64,000 nt of DNA from a phage: sequence record NC_100371.1; one strand, written 5' to 3'. Both the position numbers and the translations under genes were made by a program. The stretch's first letter is position 1; each line of letters begins with the position of its first letter. The notes under the pieces were generated by a model. That model did not search any database. It was not told the origin of the DNA and was given only the letters and a program-made list of their open reading frames with translations. Below, piece by piece: positions 54,664 to 64,000 of this stretch.

Positions 54664-57261
54664 TTAAAGGTACAATCCACGGTATTGAGCATAAAGACCC
54701 AGACCGCGAAGGATTTCGCCAGAGTGATAGCCAACCGGATCAGAAACTGCCCAGCAGCCGTTTAAAATATTATCCCCGTTAATGAAGTGGTGCTTTTGCA
54801 GTAACTTCACACAGGCCTCTACAACAATATCTATTTGAGGTATTGTCTCTGAATACCCGCAAAGACCTAGCCAGCAGCAACCTGCAAGCCATTCACCTAC
54901 CACCCACATCCTGTCACCTCTGTCTTGATAAGAGTATCCACCAGAGGTGTTAAAGTCTGTAGGCAAATTTCCTGAATGGGATGACTGGAATCTGTTGAGG
55001 AACCATGCCCATTTCTGGCAGAACAGGAATAGTCTTTCATCAACAGGCTCTTTATGTTTCTTGAGCTCATATATTGTGCGGCACGCAGCAACAAAAGATC
55101 TTGACTGGAGTTTAGAGTTATCTACCATCTCCCACCAACCAGTCAACCCTTCATTACCTCTCTGCCATACATAACGTGAGGCAACTGGACCCTCTGTCTT
55201 AAATGTATTGTTATACCAGACTTGAGAGTCATACAGAAAGCCTATTGTATTTGACAATCTATGGCGGTCTATGTTTTCTGCGCCCATGCAGTAGACTGCT
55301 GGGTATTGCATACCAGGGTAGGGCCAATTTGGCCTTTCCTCTAAGAGATAATTTTCCTTATCTATCACCTTTCCGGCAGGGAACACACCCGGCGTGTGCC
55401 TGTATGCACCTTGCTTGTAGTTTCTGACATAACAATCGCCAACCTTAGCGGTCGATTCTGTCTTGCTTGCCATCCATACACTAAACCAAATTAGGTAAGC
55501 ATCTCTATCTGCAACATAAAATTGCGGTAGCGTGTTGACGCAATACAGATCAAACAAGCCATTGCCTATCTGCCTGTCGCTCAGACTGAAATCTACAGAG
55601 GTGATCCCCTTGGTGTTAGCAAAGAAAGGTTTAATCTCCTCTTCGGTGTGATGAGGTTGTGTAGGGTCTAGTTTAAAATCTCCCAGAGTAAGAGTTTCTG
55701 TTATCCATTGTCCATTAGTGGCATATAGATCAGCATACCATAACCAACGGTCTTTGTCAAGAAATTTGACCCTTACCATCTCATCATCTGATCGATAAGT
55801 CACTGAGTTTAAAGAAATCTCTCTTCCAAAATTGAAAGTTACTTTGCCTTTTACTATATTGCAACGGGTGAAGTTGTCAGAGTGGTTGTAAATGTCGGTA
55901 TCATACTGCATACTAACACTAGCGCCACCGCTTACGGCAATGTTTTCCTCTTTTGGCAAGAGATATGGGTTACCGTCTTTACCAACCACCTCTACAAAAT
56001 CAGTAACCTTGGCAACTGTTTCTGTTACCTCTGCCCCTCCAAAAGGGACACCTATTCTGTACTGTTTTTTGTTATTGTTGCCATCATTAAGGATGAAATG
56101 TGGCTGGAACAGAACCCCTTCTCCTCCGAAATTCATAACAATTTCAGCATCTCTGCCTATTTTGTATGTAGTCCCTTTTTGGATTATTTCGCAAGGCTGG
56201 CGTGCGTTCATTCTAAAATTGATATATCCGTCACTATCCCTACTTATGACAGGTACTGTTCCTGCAACTAGACAAGTGCCATCTGTGAACGGGGCCTTAA
56301 TCAACGTGGTCTTTCTGAACAGCTTGTCGTAGGCATTTATATCACTAAAATTAAGCAACTTATTGTAAGACTGCTTAAACGCGGTGTAATACTTTTCCTC
56401 ACCTGTCAGGGTGTAGAGTTGATAACAAGCGTCACACCACATCTCTTCCCCATCTAACTCTGGGGCTTGATTGTCTGCAACCACGTTTATAGGATTTACA
56501 ATTACAGGGGATCCAGCAGGTATCACCGATCCGCCCTGCTCTTGAGGCAATCTCACACAATAGGTAACCTTGTGGTTGCCTGTAACACCCTTATCTTGCA
56601 GTTGGATTGTGCCGAACTCTGCAGACGTATGACCACTGTCGGCTATGCTACCGTTGGCCCAATAGCGGTTACCATCCCATGCTATATACCACTCAACCCA
56701 CCAACTTAATCCGGAAGTTGTCCAATTAGGATTAGCATCTGTGCCGCCGTAAACATCAGAGTCTACAGTGTTTCTTCCTAAAACACCGTTATACGCCTGA
56801 AAAGCCTTGTCCAAGTATTCTCCCCATGTCGGGGATCCTGCTGGTATTTTTCCTCTACCTTTGTTAAAAGACACAACCACATCTTTAAACCCACCATGTG
56901 ATGGAACTCCATCTGTGGATAACGGGTAGTGGGACAATCTTTGCATTTTACTTTCTACTGCATATACGCCCAGAAGATGACTGTTGTAGGCTTCCCAAGC
57001 CTCTTTGGCCCTGTCTAGATAAAAATCGCTTTTTGATGCCCTGTATGCCTCAATGTATCCCAGAATCAACACAGCTTGGGACTCATGCATTGCCCAATCA
57101 TTATTTATCTTACTCCCTGACCAACCTGACGCTATAAGTCCATCCTGGTTTACCAGTTTGTTCTGTGTAGGGAGATTGGTAATACCTGTGTTGTTATCGA
57201 GGCACTTCCTGTGCCCCTCGATCATCTGAAATACGTTATCAATGTTGTGTTGAATACGCAT
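54664..57261 (-). CDS. virion structural protein, putative tailspike / glycan-degrading enzyme
   Basis: 865 aa in fibre cluster; aromatic-rich sequence faintly reminiscent of alpha/alpha-toroid glycosidases. Confidence 0.35.
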   Translation of the reverse strand: MRIQHNIDNVFQMIEGHRKCLDNNTGITNLPTQNKLVNQDGLIASGWSGSKINNDWAMHESQAVLILGYIEAYRASKSDFYLDRAKEAWEAYNSHLLGVYAVESKMQRLSHYPLSTDGVPSHGGFKDVVVSFNKGRGKIPAGSPTWGEYLDKAFQAYNGVLGRNTVDSDVYGGTDANPNWTTSGLSWWVEWYIAWDGNRYWANGSIADSGHTSAEFGTIQLQDKGVTGNHKVTYCVRLPQEQGGSVIPAGSPVIVNPINVVADNQAPELDGEEMWCDACYQLYTLTGEEKYYTAFKQSYNKLLNFSDINAYDKLFRKTTLIKAPFTDGTCLVAGTVPVISRDSDGYINFRMNARQPCEIIQKGTTYKIGRDAEIVMNFGGEGVLFQPHFILNDGNNNKKQYRIGVPFGGAEVTETVAKVTDFVEVVGKDGNPYLLPKEENIAVSGGASVSMQYDTDIYNHSDNFTRCNIVKGKVTFNFGREISLNSVTYRSDDEMVRVKFLDKDRWLWYADLYATNGQWITETLTLGDFKLDPTQPHHTEEEIKPFFANTKGITSVDFSLSDRQIGNGLFDLYCVNTLPQFYVADRDAYLIWFSVWMASKTESTAKVGDCYVRNYKQGAYRHTPGVFPAGKVIDKENYLLEERPNWPYPGMQYPAVYCMGAENIDRHRLSNTIGFLYDSQVWYNNTFKTEGPVASRYVWQRGNEGLTGWWEMVDNSKLQSRSFVAACRTIYELKKHKEPVDERLFLFCQKWAWFLNRFQSSHSGNLPTDFNTSGGYSYQDRGDRMWVVGEWLAGCCWLGLCGYSETIPQIDIVVEACVKLLQKHHFINGDNILNGCWAVSDPVGYHSGEILRGLGLYAQYRGLYL

Positions 57262-57262
57262 C

Positions 57263-57931
57263 TTAGATAGCTCCTGCGATGATCAGTGCCCCGTACCAAG
57301 TTAGTCCATTATCATATGTTTCCAACTTGAAAATGTCTGTTGCACCAGCTGTAAATGTTAGGATAGGATCTCTTCCGTAGGCCCATTTAACATTGTCAGG
57401 CCAATAAACTTTGTTACCACCAGAGGTCTGCGTTATGCATACAGTTATAGTTCTTGCCACTCCGTCGAGCCCTTCTGTTTGATTTTCAAAAGAGATTGTG
57501 GTGTTTGAAGTGAGCCGAACTTTAAACGTGTCTGCAACGTCAAGATCCATGTCAAGTTGACCACCAATAGAGCCGTAATCAACTATCCTACCTGAAGAAG
57601 TTGCAGCAAGCTCTCCAAAAACAGACCATGCTTTTGCAGACACACCTCCGGCACCCTCTACAGTGGAATCTGGGAGGATTATTTTAGGATAATCTCCATT
57701 CCATGTGTAGTAGCGCTTAGTTTCCGGATCATAAGCAAAATCCTTCTTGCTCTTAAGATAACCGCCCTCTGTGAAATAAACTATTTTAGTAATGCTAAGA
57801 TCATTGACAACATCATCAATCTTAGCCTTTCTTGTCCCGTCAGTCTGGTTGACAACCAAGAAGTCATCACTCAAGACTGTTTCTGCATCTTCAAGATCTG
57901 GGATTGGTATTGTAGGATAAGCTACAGCCAT
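57263..57931 (-). CDS. tail fibre adaptor-like protein sharing N-terminal domain with the 1479-aa fibre
   Basis: 222 aa; N-terminus LEDAETVLSDDFLVVNQTDGTRKAKIDDVVNDL aligns with the 1479-aa protein N-terminus LPATTAVTEDDYLVVQQPDLTRRVKIGDVVHVD. Confidence 0.5.
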   Translation of the reverse strand: MAVAYPTIPIPDLEDAETVLSDDFLVVNQTDGTRKAKIDDVVNDLSITKIVYFTEGGYLKSKKDFAYDPETKRYYTWNGDYPKIILPDSTVEGAGGVSAKAWSVFGELAATSSGRIVDYGSIGGQLDMDLDVADTFKVRLTSNTTISFENQTEGLDGVARTITVCITQTSGGNKVYWPDNVKWAYGRDPILTFTAGATDIFKLETYDNGLTWYGALIIAGAI

Positions 57932-57940
57932 GATTTCTCC

Positions 57941-58657
57941 TTAGTTAACATCAATAGCACGACCAGACTGGTTGGCAATAGCCTCATCATTAGAGGTAGC
58001 AATAACACCAGAATATTCGCGCTCATCTGGAGCAAGCGTCCAGGTATTGCGGTTAATGGTTTGTTCTGCATCAGTCATCAGCAGATCTTTATCCTGAGTC
58101 AACAGAGAACCTACAGGGATCGGGTTTTCCATCTCAGGACCAGCATACTGGTTCCACCACGTAGCATCCCCAGTTCTAGGCAATCTGAAATTGATCAGGT
58201 AGTACAGTTTATTAGCCCACTTAATCCAACCTTCATCATCACAAAGAGAGGTTGCCCCGTCATCAGGCTGTGGGTAGGTAAACTGATCAAGACCTACGAA
58301 AGCCAGCCTTACAATCTCGTTCTCCTTGGTAACAACCTCAAAGAACGCTTGGTATGTTCTCGATCTTCGATCCATAGTAGACTGGAAGTTTATGATGTTT
58401 AGCACATCTGGCTCTTGTCTTGCCACTTCCATAATCTTGTTATCAAGAACAGTCTTCATGACCTTCTTACTGAGAAAGTCCATATAAGGGAAACCAAACA
58501 ACTCATCAAAGTACCAGCTCCCCTTCCATGTATTAAACCTCATCCACAGGCGCTGGCGCAGACTTACTTGGTTTGAATCTATCAACTCAAGACCTTTGTC
58601 TATCGCCAAATCACCTGTCTGTGGGTCCATCAATATATCACTATAAAGCGTAGCCAT
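57941..58657 (-). CDS. putative baseplate protein (gp25/W-like or Mu gp46-like)
   Basis: 238 aa; N-terminal LAIDKGLELIDSNQVSLRQRLWMRFNTWKGSWYFDELFGFPY resembles small baseplate wedge proteins. Confidence 0.4.
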   Translation of the reverse strand: MATLYSDILMDPQTGDLAIDKGLELIDSNQVSLRQRLWMRFNTWKGSWYFDELFGFPYMDFLSKKVMKTVLDNKIMEVARQEPDVLNIINFQSTMDRRSRTYQAFFEVVTKENEIVRLAFVGLDQFTYPQPDDGATSLCDDEGWIKWANKLYYLINFRLPRTGDATWWNQYAGPEMENPIPVGSLLTQDKDLLMTDAEQTINRNTWTLAPDEREYSGVIATSNDEAIANQSGRAIDVN

Positions 58658-58669
58658 TCAAGCCCTCTA

Positions 58670-59347
58670 TTAGTGCGGTCCACTTGTCTCGCCATCAGGG
58701 CAAGAGTGGGTATGACCTTTATATTCTGCATAGAATGAGTCCAAATCCACACCAGCAGCCGTTATAATTCTACCTGATGGGTCTATTGTGGCACCATTCA
58801 TTCTGATATTTCCATCCACAGCAGCTCGTAAATTGGCAGCCCCGTTGGTGAAAGAAAACTCCCCGCTACTGTCGCACCGTAATGTTCCACCAGGTGTTTG
58901 AAGCTCAAAATCACCAGAAGGTGTCAGCTTAAAATAAACCCTATCATTCCATAACTCCACATTATCAGGATCGATCTGTAAAGCGTTAGAGTCTGAATGA
59001 ACAGAGGTTATTGCCCACCCTGGAAACAGGCCGTGAGTTTGTTGATCATCATTATTGTTTTCATTTCTCTCTGAAAACTGCAATCCTACAACATCACCAG
59101 CCTTAATAGGAAGTGTTAACCTTGCCTTCCCGCTGTTTGCAGACATCACCTGGATTGGCACATCATAGATAAGAGGGTATCTCTCAACATCCCCGTCATC
59201 AAACGTGGTTTCAGCTATTGGCTGCACTGCTGCGGAGGGGATACTGTAATCTACACTGACAACTCTGGCCCTGATACTGGTGTGGTAGTCCCTCATTATT
59301 TTTTCTATAAAGGATCTTACAGCAGCATCTTTCCTATTAATTGCCAT
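58670..59347 (-). CDS. baseplate spike protein (P2 gpV / Mu gp45-like)
   Basis: 225 aa; C-terminal YKGHTHSCPDGETSGPH resembles the spike-apex HxH motif. Confidence 0.5.
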   Translation of the reverse strand: MAINRKDAAVRSFIEKIMRDYHTSIRARVVSVDYSIPSAAVQPIAETTFDDGDVERYPLIYDVPIQVMSANSGKARLTLPIKAGDVVGLQFSERNENNNDDQQTHGLFPGWAITSVHSDSNALQIDPDNVELWNDRVYFKLTPSGDFELQTPGGTLRCDSSGEFSFTNGAANLRAAVDGNIRMNGATIDPSGRIITAAGVDLDSFYAEYKGHTHSCPDGETSGPH

Positions 59348-60348
59348 TATACCTCCTCAGTTTTGTCAACAACTCCACCCACTGTTTCCCCAAGGCCAAG
59401 CTCTGTAGTGTAATCACCACCTTCTATGGTGCCCTTATGATGGACTGTGATCACCTTATAGAAGCCTGTGTATTGCCTACTTTTAAGATAAATGGTGGAC
59501 TCTGGGAGGATAGCCCCGTTAAGACATGTGGTTACAGTAAGACCAACATCCTCTCTCGGGTTTTTCTTTTTCTTCTTACTTGTGCCACCTTTCGCAGCAG
59601 CTTTAGCTTTTCGTTTTTTAGCAGGTTCTGGGTTTTTAGGTGTGGGTGAACCGTGCATCCCAGACTCTGCACTTATTTCAAACACAGAGTCCTTGAACCT
59701 TTTTCCAACCTTGGTCCAATATAAAGCCCCGTCCTGAACGCTAAATGTTGAGTTTGTCAGCCTTGCAAACCTGCGCAGGTTCTCTGCGGTGTTTCCGGAG
59801 AAAGCCATAGAGTATTGCAAAGTTTGGTTTCCAAAACCAACAACCCTCCCTTTTGGCAAGTTCATATCCTTCAGCAGGTCATTAAGCACAGAGTTCAGAG
59901 GTGTACCTTTCTGATAAGATCTTGTGCTTTGGCACTTAATGATGTTCTCAGTGCCATCCCCAAAGATGAACTTAGTTTTTCTGGTAGGGCCTTCCCATCT
60001 GTCCTCAACAAACTCTACAGTTCCGGAGAATATCAACTGGTTCTCATTATCATAGCCAGCCTCAAACATAACTGCAAGAGCATCAGCTTGATGCATATCT
60101 AGATAGTTAACTGTATCGTCAGACAGGTTGTAAACTGTCACATAGCCTTTGTTTGGCTCTTTGGTATTGTCCTTTTGTATGTCAAACTCTATATTGGCAG
60201 CACCAGTGTCCGAGCTAATCTCATAAACTCCGGAATCACTTTCTCCTTTCTTTTCAACAGATTTCGGGATATTGGTTTTTGATTTACCACCATGCTCTAC
60301 AGGGCGACCAAATAACAATCGCCATGTTCTACGTCTGTACTCTGCCAT
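59347..60348 (-). CDS. putative baseplate hub protein with internal Lys-rich segment
   Basis: 333 aa directly upstream of spike gene (start/stop overlap); KKRKAKAAAKGGTSKKKKKNP stretch; assignment by position. Confidence 0.35.
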   Translation of the reverse strand: MAEYRRRTWRLLFGRPVEHGGKSKTNIPKSVEKKGESDSGVYEISSDTGAANIEFDIQKDNTKEPNKGYVTVYNLSDDTVNYLDMHQADALAVMFEAGYDNENQLIFSGTVEFVEDRWEGPTRKTKFIFGDGTENIIKCQSTRSYQKGTPLNSVLNDLLKDMNLPKGRVVGFGNQTLQYSMAFSGNTAENLRRFARLTNSTFSVQDGALYWTKVGKRFKDSVFEISAESGMHGSPTPKNPEPAKKRKAKAAAKGGTSKKKKKNPREDVGLTVTTCLNGAILPESTIYLKSRQYTGFYKVITVHHKGTIEGGDYTTELGLGETVGGVVDKTEEV

Positions 60349-60728
60349 TATTCTAACCCTTGCTGTTCCTTGTAAAGATCAACTGGAGTACCGTATACAA
60401 GTTGCAACTCAGATCTTGCTCCAAGGTTGTATCTTCCAACTCTCCCCCAATATTGATCGTCTTTAAACGACAGCGCCATCAATCTACCTTTCGGTAAATC
60501 GTCTCTGTAATGCAGTCCGTCTAGAATATCTTGACAAGCTGTTACTTTTCTGGTTACTAAAGGGCTGTCACCTACCGGACCAAGAGATAACCACCAGGAC
60601 TCATCCCTCTCATTCCATTGCATACGCATTTCATACGTCTCATTGTCTAAAACAACACGCATGGTTTGATCAGGAAAGCCGTCAATGTCCCACACAAAGG
60701 TGATTATGCACCAATCTTTAAGCTCCAT
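60348..60728 (-). CDS. putative small baseplate/tail protein (126 aa)
   Basis: Co-oriented tightly packed ORF between the TMP-proximal gene and hub. Confidence 0.35.
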   Translation of the reverse strand: MELKDWCIITFVWDIDGFPDQTMRVVLDNETYEMRMQWNERDESWWLSLGPVGDSPLVTRKVTACQDILDGLHYRDDLPKGRLMALSFKDDQYWGRVGRYNLGARSELQLVYGTPVDLYKEQQGLE

Positions 60729-60739
60729 TGCACGCCCCC

Positions 60740-61651
60740 TTATTTTCCGTTAACTTTGTTGTAGTTTCCCTGCTCAGATGGGACTATGGTAGAAGGTCTT
60801 CCATATTCCTGATAGTACCAATCCGCAGCAGATTGGGTGACACCGTTTTCATCTGTCCACATCATAGATTTGTATGGCTGCCACTCTTCTGCGGCATTTG
60901 TGGATGCAGTGTCTGCAAATGCCCCTGTGTCCCTCTTGTTACCTACGTTACTGCCATTCTTACAGTCGTTGACAGCACCTTTTTGCTGGGTCTTGCCTAC
61001 TTTCTTAGGGTTGCTGTATACAGTTGCATTAACAACCTTGTTCAAGTAGAATGTGCGGAACTCTGTAAGTTCTACATCAAACACCATCGCAGCACCTTCA
61101 CCAACAGACTTGTTGGCAGAAAGGCTGGTTATGATGTAGTTCTCAAGGAGTCTTTCCTCGGTAACCAAAGAAACCAACTGGCGCTTATTAATGATCTCAG
61201 TCAAAGCCTCCAGTGCAGCGCCTGGTCGCATAGATGCTGCAGGATTTTTAGAGTCAGTATTCCTGTCAATGTAGTTTTGCTCATAGATTATATGTGGTGA
61301 TGTATTTACCCTACCAGTAAAAGAAAATACACCATCTTTAATTACAGCGTGGTCTGACAGAGTAGATTTATCTTCCACCGCAAACCCAGTTTTATCAACA
61401 GAATGTTTGAAAGAGTAGTTCTCAACCTGATCGAAGATAATGGCAAGATCGTTAGTAAAGTTTTTACCCTTCATCTCCATATTGCGACCACCATAGTTAA
61501 GACCGCTGACAAACATAGTGTACTTTACATCGCTTTCAGTTTGCTGCTCTGCCTTTTCAGCCTTTGGAGATTTAACCTCTTGAGGCTTGTACAGGTCTTT
61601 TTCATCAACTATATTGCTTGGCATAACCTCTCCAGGACACTCCGATACCAT
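60740..61651 (-). CDS. putative tail protein following tape measure (distal tail / DNA-circulation-like position)
   Basis: 303 aa; first gene after TMP; start may be at a downstream ATG (MPSNIV...). Confidence 0.35.
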   Translation of the reverse strand: MVSECPGEVMPSNIVDEKDLYKPQEVKSPKAEKAEQQTESDVKYTMFVSGLNYGGRNMEMKGKNFTNDLAIIFDQVENYSFKHSVDKTGFAVEDKSTLSDHAVIKDGVFSFTGRVNTSPHIIYEQNYIDRNTDSKNPAASMRPGAALEALTEIINKRQLVSLVTEERLLENYIITSLSANKSVGEGAAMVFDVELTEFRTFYLNKVVNATVYSNPKKVGKTQQKGAVNDCKNGSNVGNKRDTGAFADTASTNAAEEWQPYKSMMWTDENGVTQSAADWYYQEYGRPSTIVPSEQGNYNKVNGK

Positions 61652-61701
61652 CTAGATATTGTATCATAAAATAGCCGTTTTTACAACACCGATAAAATAA
61701 A

Positions 61702-61717
61702 GGGGGCCGGAGCCCCC
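61702..61717 (-). terminator. intrinsic terminator-like hairpin after the tape-measure gene
   Basis: GGGGGC-N4-GCCCCC followed by UUUAUUUUAU on the minus-strand RNA. Confidence 0.5.
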
Positions 61718-61730
61718 TATGTGCCGTTTA

Positions 61731-63920
61731 TTACCAAAGATCTGTTGACATAAAGTTAATATCTTTGTTGTTCTCCCACTCAAGTTTTGCATCAATTATT
61801 TTGTTAAACTCGCCCTCATTTATTGAAATAGTGATTTTCCCATCACTGATCTCTAAAGGTAGCATTTCCATAGTTCTTAATTGAGAAGCAAAACCAGGGC
61901 CACCTGGCAACGGAAGAGTACCGCCAAGTAAGGTGTCCAAAGGATCAACAAACCCGTTACCTCCCGATATGATATCTTTGCGAATCATATCGCTGATAGT
62001 ATCCAGTTGCTGATTTCTCTCACTCAGTGGGTTGAAACGGTCATTAAATAACTCTCCGGCGCTCAATATTGTACCGATAATACCCAGCTTACCAAGCAGG
62101 CCAACTTTACCACCAGGTGTCTTGAGGCCACCTCCACCTTTTCCTGCCGCGCCACCACCACCAGATCCTTCTGCAGTAGCTGCACCTGCTGCTCCAGCTG
62201 CGCCTCTTATAGAGCTAAGGAATTTAAAGGTTTTTACAAGCATAGATGCCATGACAAAACCTTTTGTTAGGGCGTTGACGACCAGCATGATGGCAGCAGC
62301 AAAACCTGCCCATTTAGCATAACTAAAGGTGTCATGAAGCTCTTCAGAATATTCCTTCGTCTTAGCTGTTATGAATCCCCATTTAATCCCCCATTCAAGG
62401 AAAAACAGGCGGATCTTGACTATGGTATTGTTTAGTTCACCAACTACCCAGTTGAGGCCTCTCACAAACCCGCTAACAAAATCACCAGAGGCATCCCACA
62501 CAAATTGCAAAGTCTCACCAGTGCGAATCAGTGTATAATAGAACTCTGTTAGTTCGTCAGCCCAACGGGTGAACAGTTTCTGACGGGACAGTTCGATGAA
62601 GGTTTTCAGCCTGTTTTCTGCCAACACGTTAGACTTCTGCATTCTCTCATAACCAGCTGCAGATGCCTCGTTCATGTACTTAGCCACATACTTCATGATC
62701 TTGGCTGTTTTAACCTCGCCTTTCTTCATCATGTCCATGAACTGATCCATGGAGAGTTCAGAAAGACCAAAAGCCTCTTTGGTGGCCTTGATAAAAGGTT
62801 CATATGCCCCAGGTAACGCTTCAGCAAGCTGTTGCTTAAGTTCTTCGGACATTACCTGCCCTTTACCGAGCATTTGCTGGATTGCCATAATACCGCGCTG
62901 GTATTTTACCTCATCAGCACCATAAGCAGCAGCATACTGGGAGTATGCAGAGAATAGCTCATGGACCTCTTGGTTTGTCATCTGGTTTTTGGCGTTTACC
63001 GCCATCTGGGCGTAACCTTGAAGACCAGATTTGAGATCAAAACCAAGACGCATAGCCTCTTGCTGGACAAACGCAACCTCACTGTTGGCTTTGTTTGGAT
63101 CTCCAGTAACAGCAGTAAGAGCAGCACTTGCCCCCTCCATCATGTGACCAGATCTGTTCACAGCAGTAAATCCAGAGAAAGCCGTATACGCAGCTGTTGC
63201 ATTAATAACAGATCTACGTAAGTCTCTCATGGCATCGCCTAGTGTAAGCGTTTGGCTGGTGGCGCTTTTAAATCCAGACTGCAGCGCTGACAGGTGGGCG
63301 TTAAAGGTTGACTTTTTCATCTCTCCGCGAGCAAACCTAGACTCTAACTCTGAGTATCCAGGCAAGCTTCCACGGAATCCGGCTCCATACTTGGCAGAAA
63401 GTCTTATTGCAGAGTTGTAGAGGTGGGTTCTCCTTGCCTCACGATCCGACATAAGCCTATTATCCATACCAGCTTTACTGTCCCTTCTTAGCTGTCTATG
63501 ATAACGATTCATAGCTGCTGTCTGAGCTTTCACAAGGTTAGGGTCGGAAGCCACACCACCCATATTAGGGTTACCGGGGATATACTTGAAAGATTTGGCA
63601 TTAGCCAAAACTCTTGCCTTAGGTGCCTTATAACCGCCGTAAGACACTGGTGCAGATTTGGCAACCTTTTTGGCCTCTTTAGCTTGCTGCTGGTAGAACT
63701 TACGCATCCTAGCCATTTCTGGATTTTTAGCGGTAAGATTACCTACAGCTTGTTTACGTCTCGCGTTCTCCCTACGTTCTATTGCAGCCCTTACTGCAGC
63801 CTCTTTCTTGGCTTGTGTTACGCTCTCCCTGTGCAGTTTAGCATTTGCCTGAGATTGCTGTCTGGCAACCCGCTGCATTGTTTGCTGGGTTTTAACAGCC
63901 ACTGCCTGCCATCTACTCAT
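61731..63920 (-). CDS. tail tape measure protein (possibly 5'-partial)
   Basis: 729 aa from first in-window ATG; reading frame stays open upstream to the window edge. Helical Ala/Gln/Lys-rich N-terminus, hydrophobic segment, Gly-rich stretch GAAGAAGAATAEGSGGGGAAGKGGGG. Confidence 0.65.
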   Translation of the reverse strand: MSRWQAVAVKTQQTMQRVARQQSQANAKLHRESVTQAKKEAAVRAAIERRENARRKQAVGNLTAKNPEMARMRKFYQQQAKEAKKVAKSAPVSYGGYKAPKARVLANAKSFKYIPGNPNMGGVASDPNLVKAQTAAMNRYHRQLRRDSKAGMDNRLMSDREARRTHLYNSAIRLSAKYGAGFRGSLPGYSELESRFARGEMKKSTFNAHLSALQSGFKSATSQTLTLGDAMRDLRRSVINATAAYTAFSGFTAVNRSGHMMEGASAALTAVTGDPNKANSEVAFVQQEAMRLGFDLKSGLQGYAQMAVNAKNQMTNQEVHELFSAYSQYAAAYGADEVKYQRGIMAIQQMLGKGQVMSEELKQQLAEALPGAYEPFIKATKEAFGLSELSMDQFMDMMKKGEVKTAKIMKYVAKYMNEASAAGYERMQKSNVLAENRLKTFIELSRQKLFTRWADELTEFYYTLIRTGETLQFVWDASGDFVSGFVRGLNWVVGELNNTIVKIRLFFLEWGIKWGFITAKTKEYSEELHDTFSYAKWAGFAAAIMLVVNALTKGFVMASMLVKTFKFLSSIRGAAGAAGAATAEGSGGGGAAGKGGGGLKTPGGKVGLLGKLGIIGTILSAGELFNDRFNPLSERNQQLDTISDMIRKDIISGGNGFVDPLDTLLGGTLPLPGGPGFASQLRTMEMLPLEISDGKITISINEGEFNKIIDAKLEWENNKDINFMSTDLW

Positions 63921-64000
63921 TGGGTTGGCTGAGTTAAAATCCTCGCCCAGTTTCCTGAACTCCCTCCCAATACTGCGAATTTTCTCTACAGCTTTTTTGT

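Noticed and set aside
29149-57261. Diversity-generating retroelement targeting a fibre gene
   Set aside because: No reverse transcriptase ORF and no template/variable repeat pair were noticed.
62032-62322. Pro-rich plus-strand ORF (…PPPPFPAAPPPPDP…)
   Set aside because: It is the reverse-complement reading of the Gly-rich segment of the tape-measure gene, not an independent gene.
1-64000. CRISPR arrays, tRNA or rRNA genes
   Set aside because: No regularly spaced direct repeats and no cloverleaf-like sequences in the few intergenic gaps above 70 bp; inspection was by eye only, so small RNAs cannot be excluded.
1-64000. Prophage boundaries or integrase
   Set aside because: No tyrosine or serine recombinase motifs and no host-like genes; the whole window reads as phage DNA.

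Overview
This window looks like a segment of a tailed dsDNA phage genome (Caudoviricetes) with three transcription blocks; nothing was seen that suggests host chromosome, an integrase, att sites, CRISPR or rRNA. Block 1 (1-21995, minus strand) is a replication and DNA-modification operon: family A DNA polymerase with proofreading exonuclease, a TOPRIM primase fused to a helicase, a beta-class N6A/N4C DNA methyltransferase, a C5-cytosine-methyltransferase-like gene, a Pif1/Dda-like SF1B helicase interrupted by a 1-nt frame change, an Hsp90/MORC-like GHKL ATPase, a secreted SleB/CwlJ-like cell-wall hydrolase, a MoxR-type AAA+ ATPase and many small ORFs including tandem paralogs. A divergent pair of near-consensus sigma70-type promoters sits at 22036-22106. 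Block 2 (22139-29099, plus strand) carries accessory genes: an HExxH + vWA protein, four tandem paralogous small genes, a HAD-family phosphatase and Cys-rich small proteins; it ends at a bidirectional terminator (29113-29137). Block 3 (29149-63920, minus strand) is a large tail module: tape-measure-like protein, baseplate hub/spike/wedge-like proteins, a lambda gpJ-like 1279-aa central fibre with an internal tandem-repeat coiled-coil insertion, large fibre/tailspike proteins sharing an N-terminal domain, and two P2 gpH-like fibre paralogs with a Tfa chaperone. Operon boundaries in block 3 are marked by recurrent GC hairpins (an identical 16-mer at two loci) followed by extended -10 promoter-like motifs. 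All functional calls come from motif recognition by eye and from memory of protein families; no database search was run. The most unusual candidates are the GHKL ATPase, the MoxR/vWA pair, the split helicase, the paralog arrays and the mosaic baseplate/J-like tail architecture.
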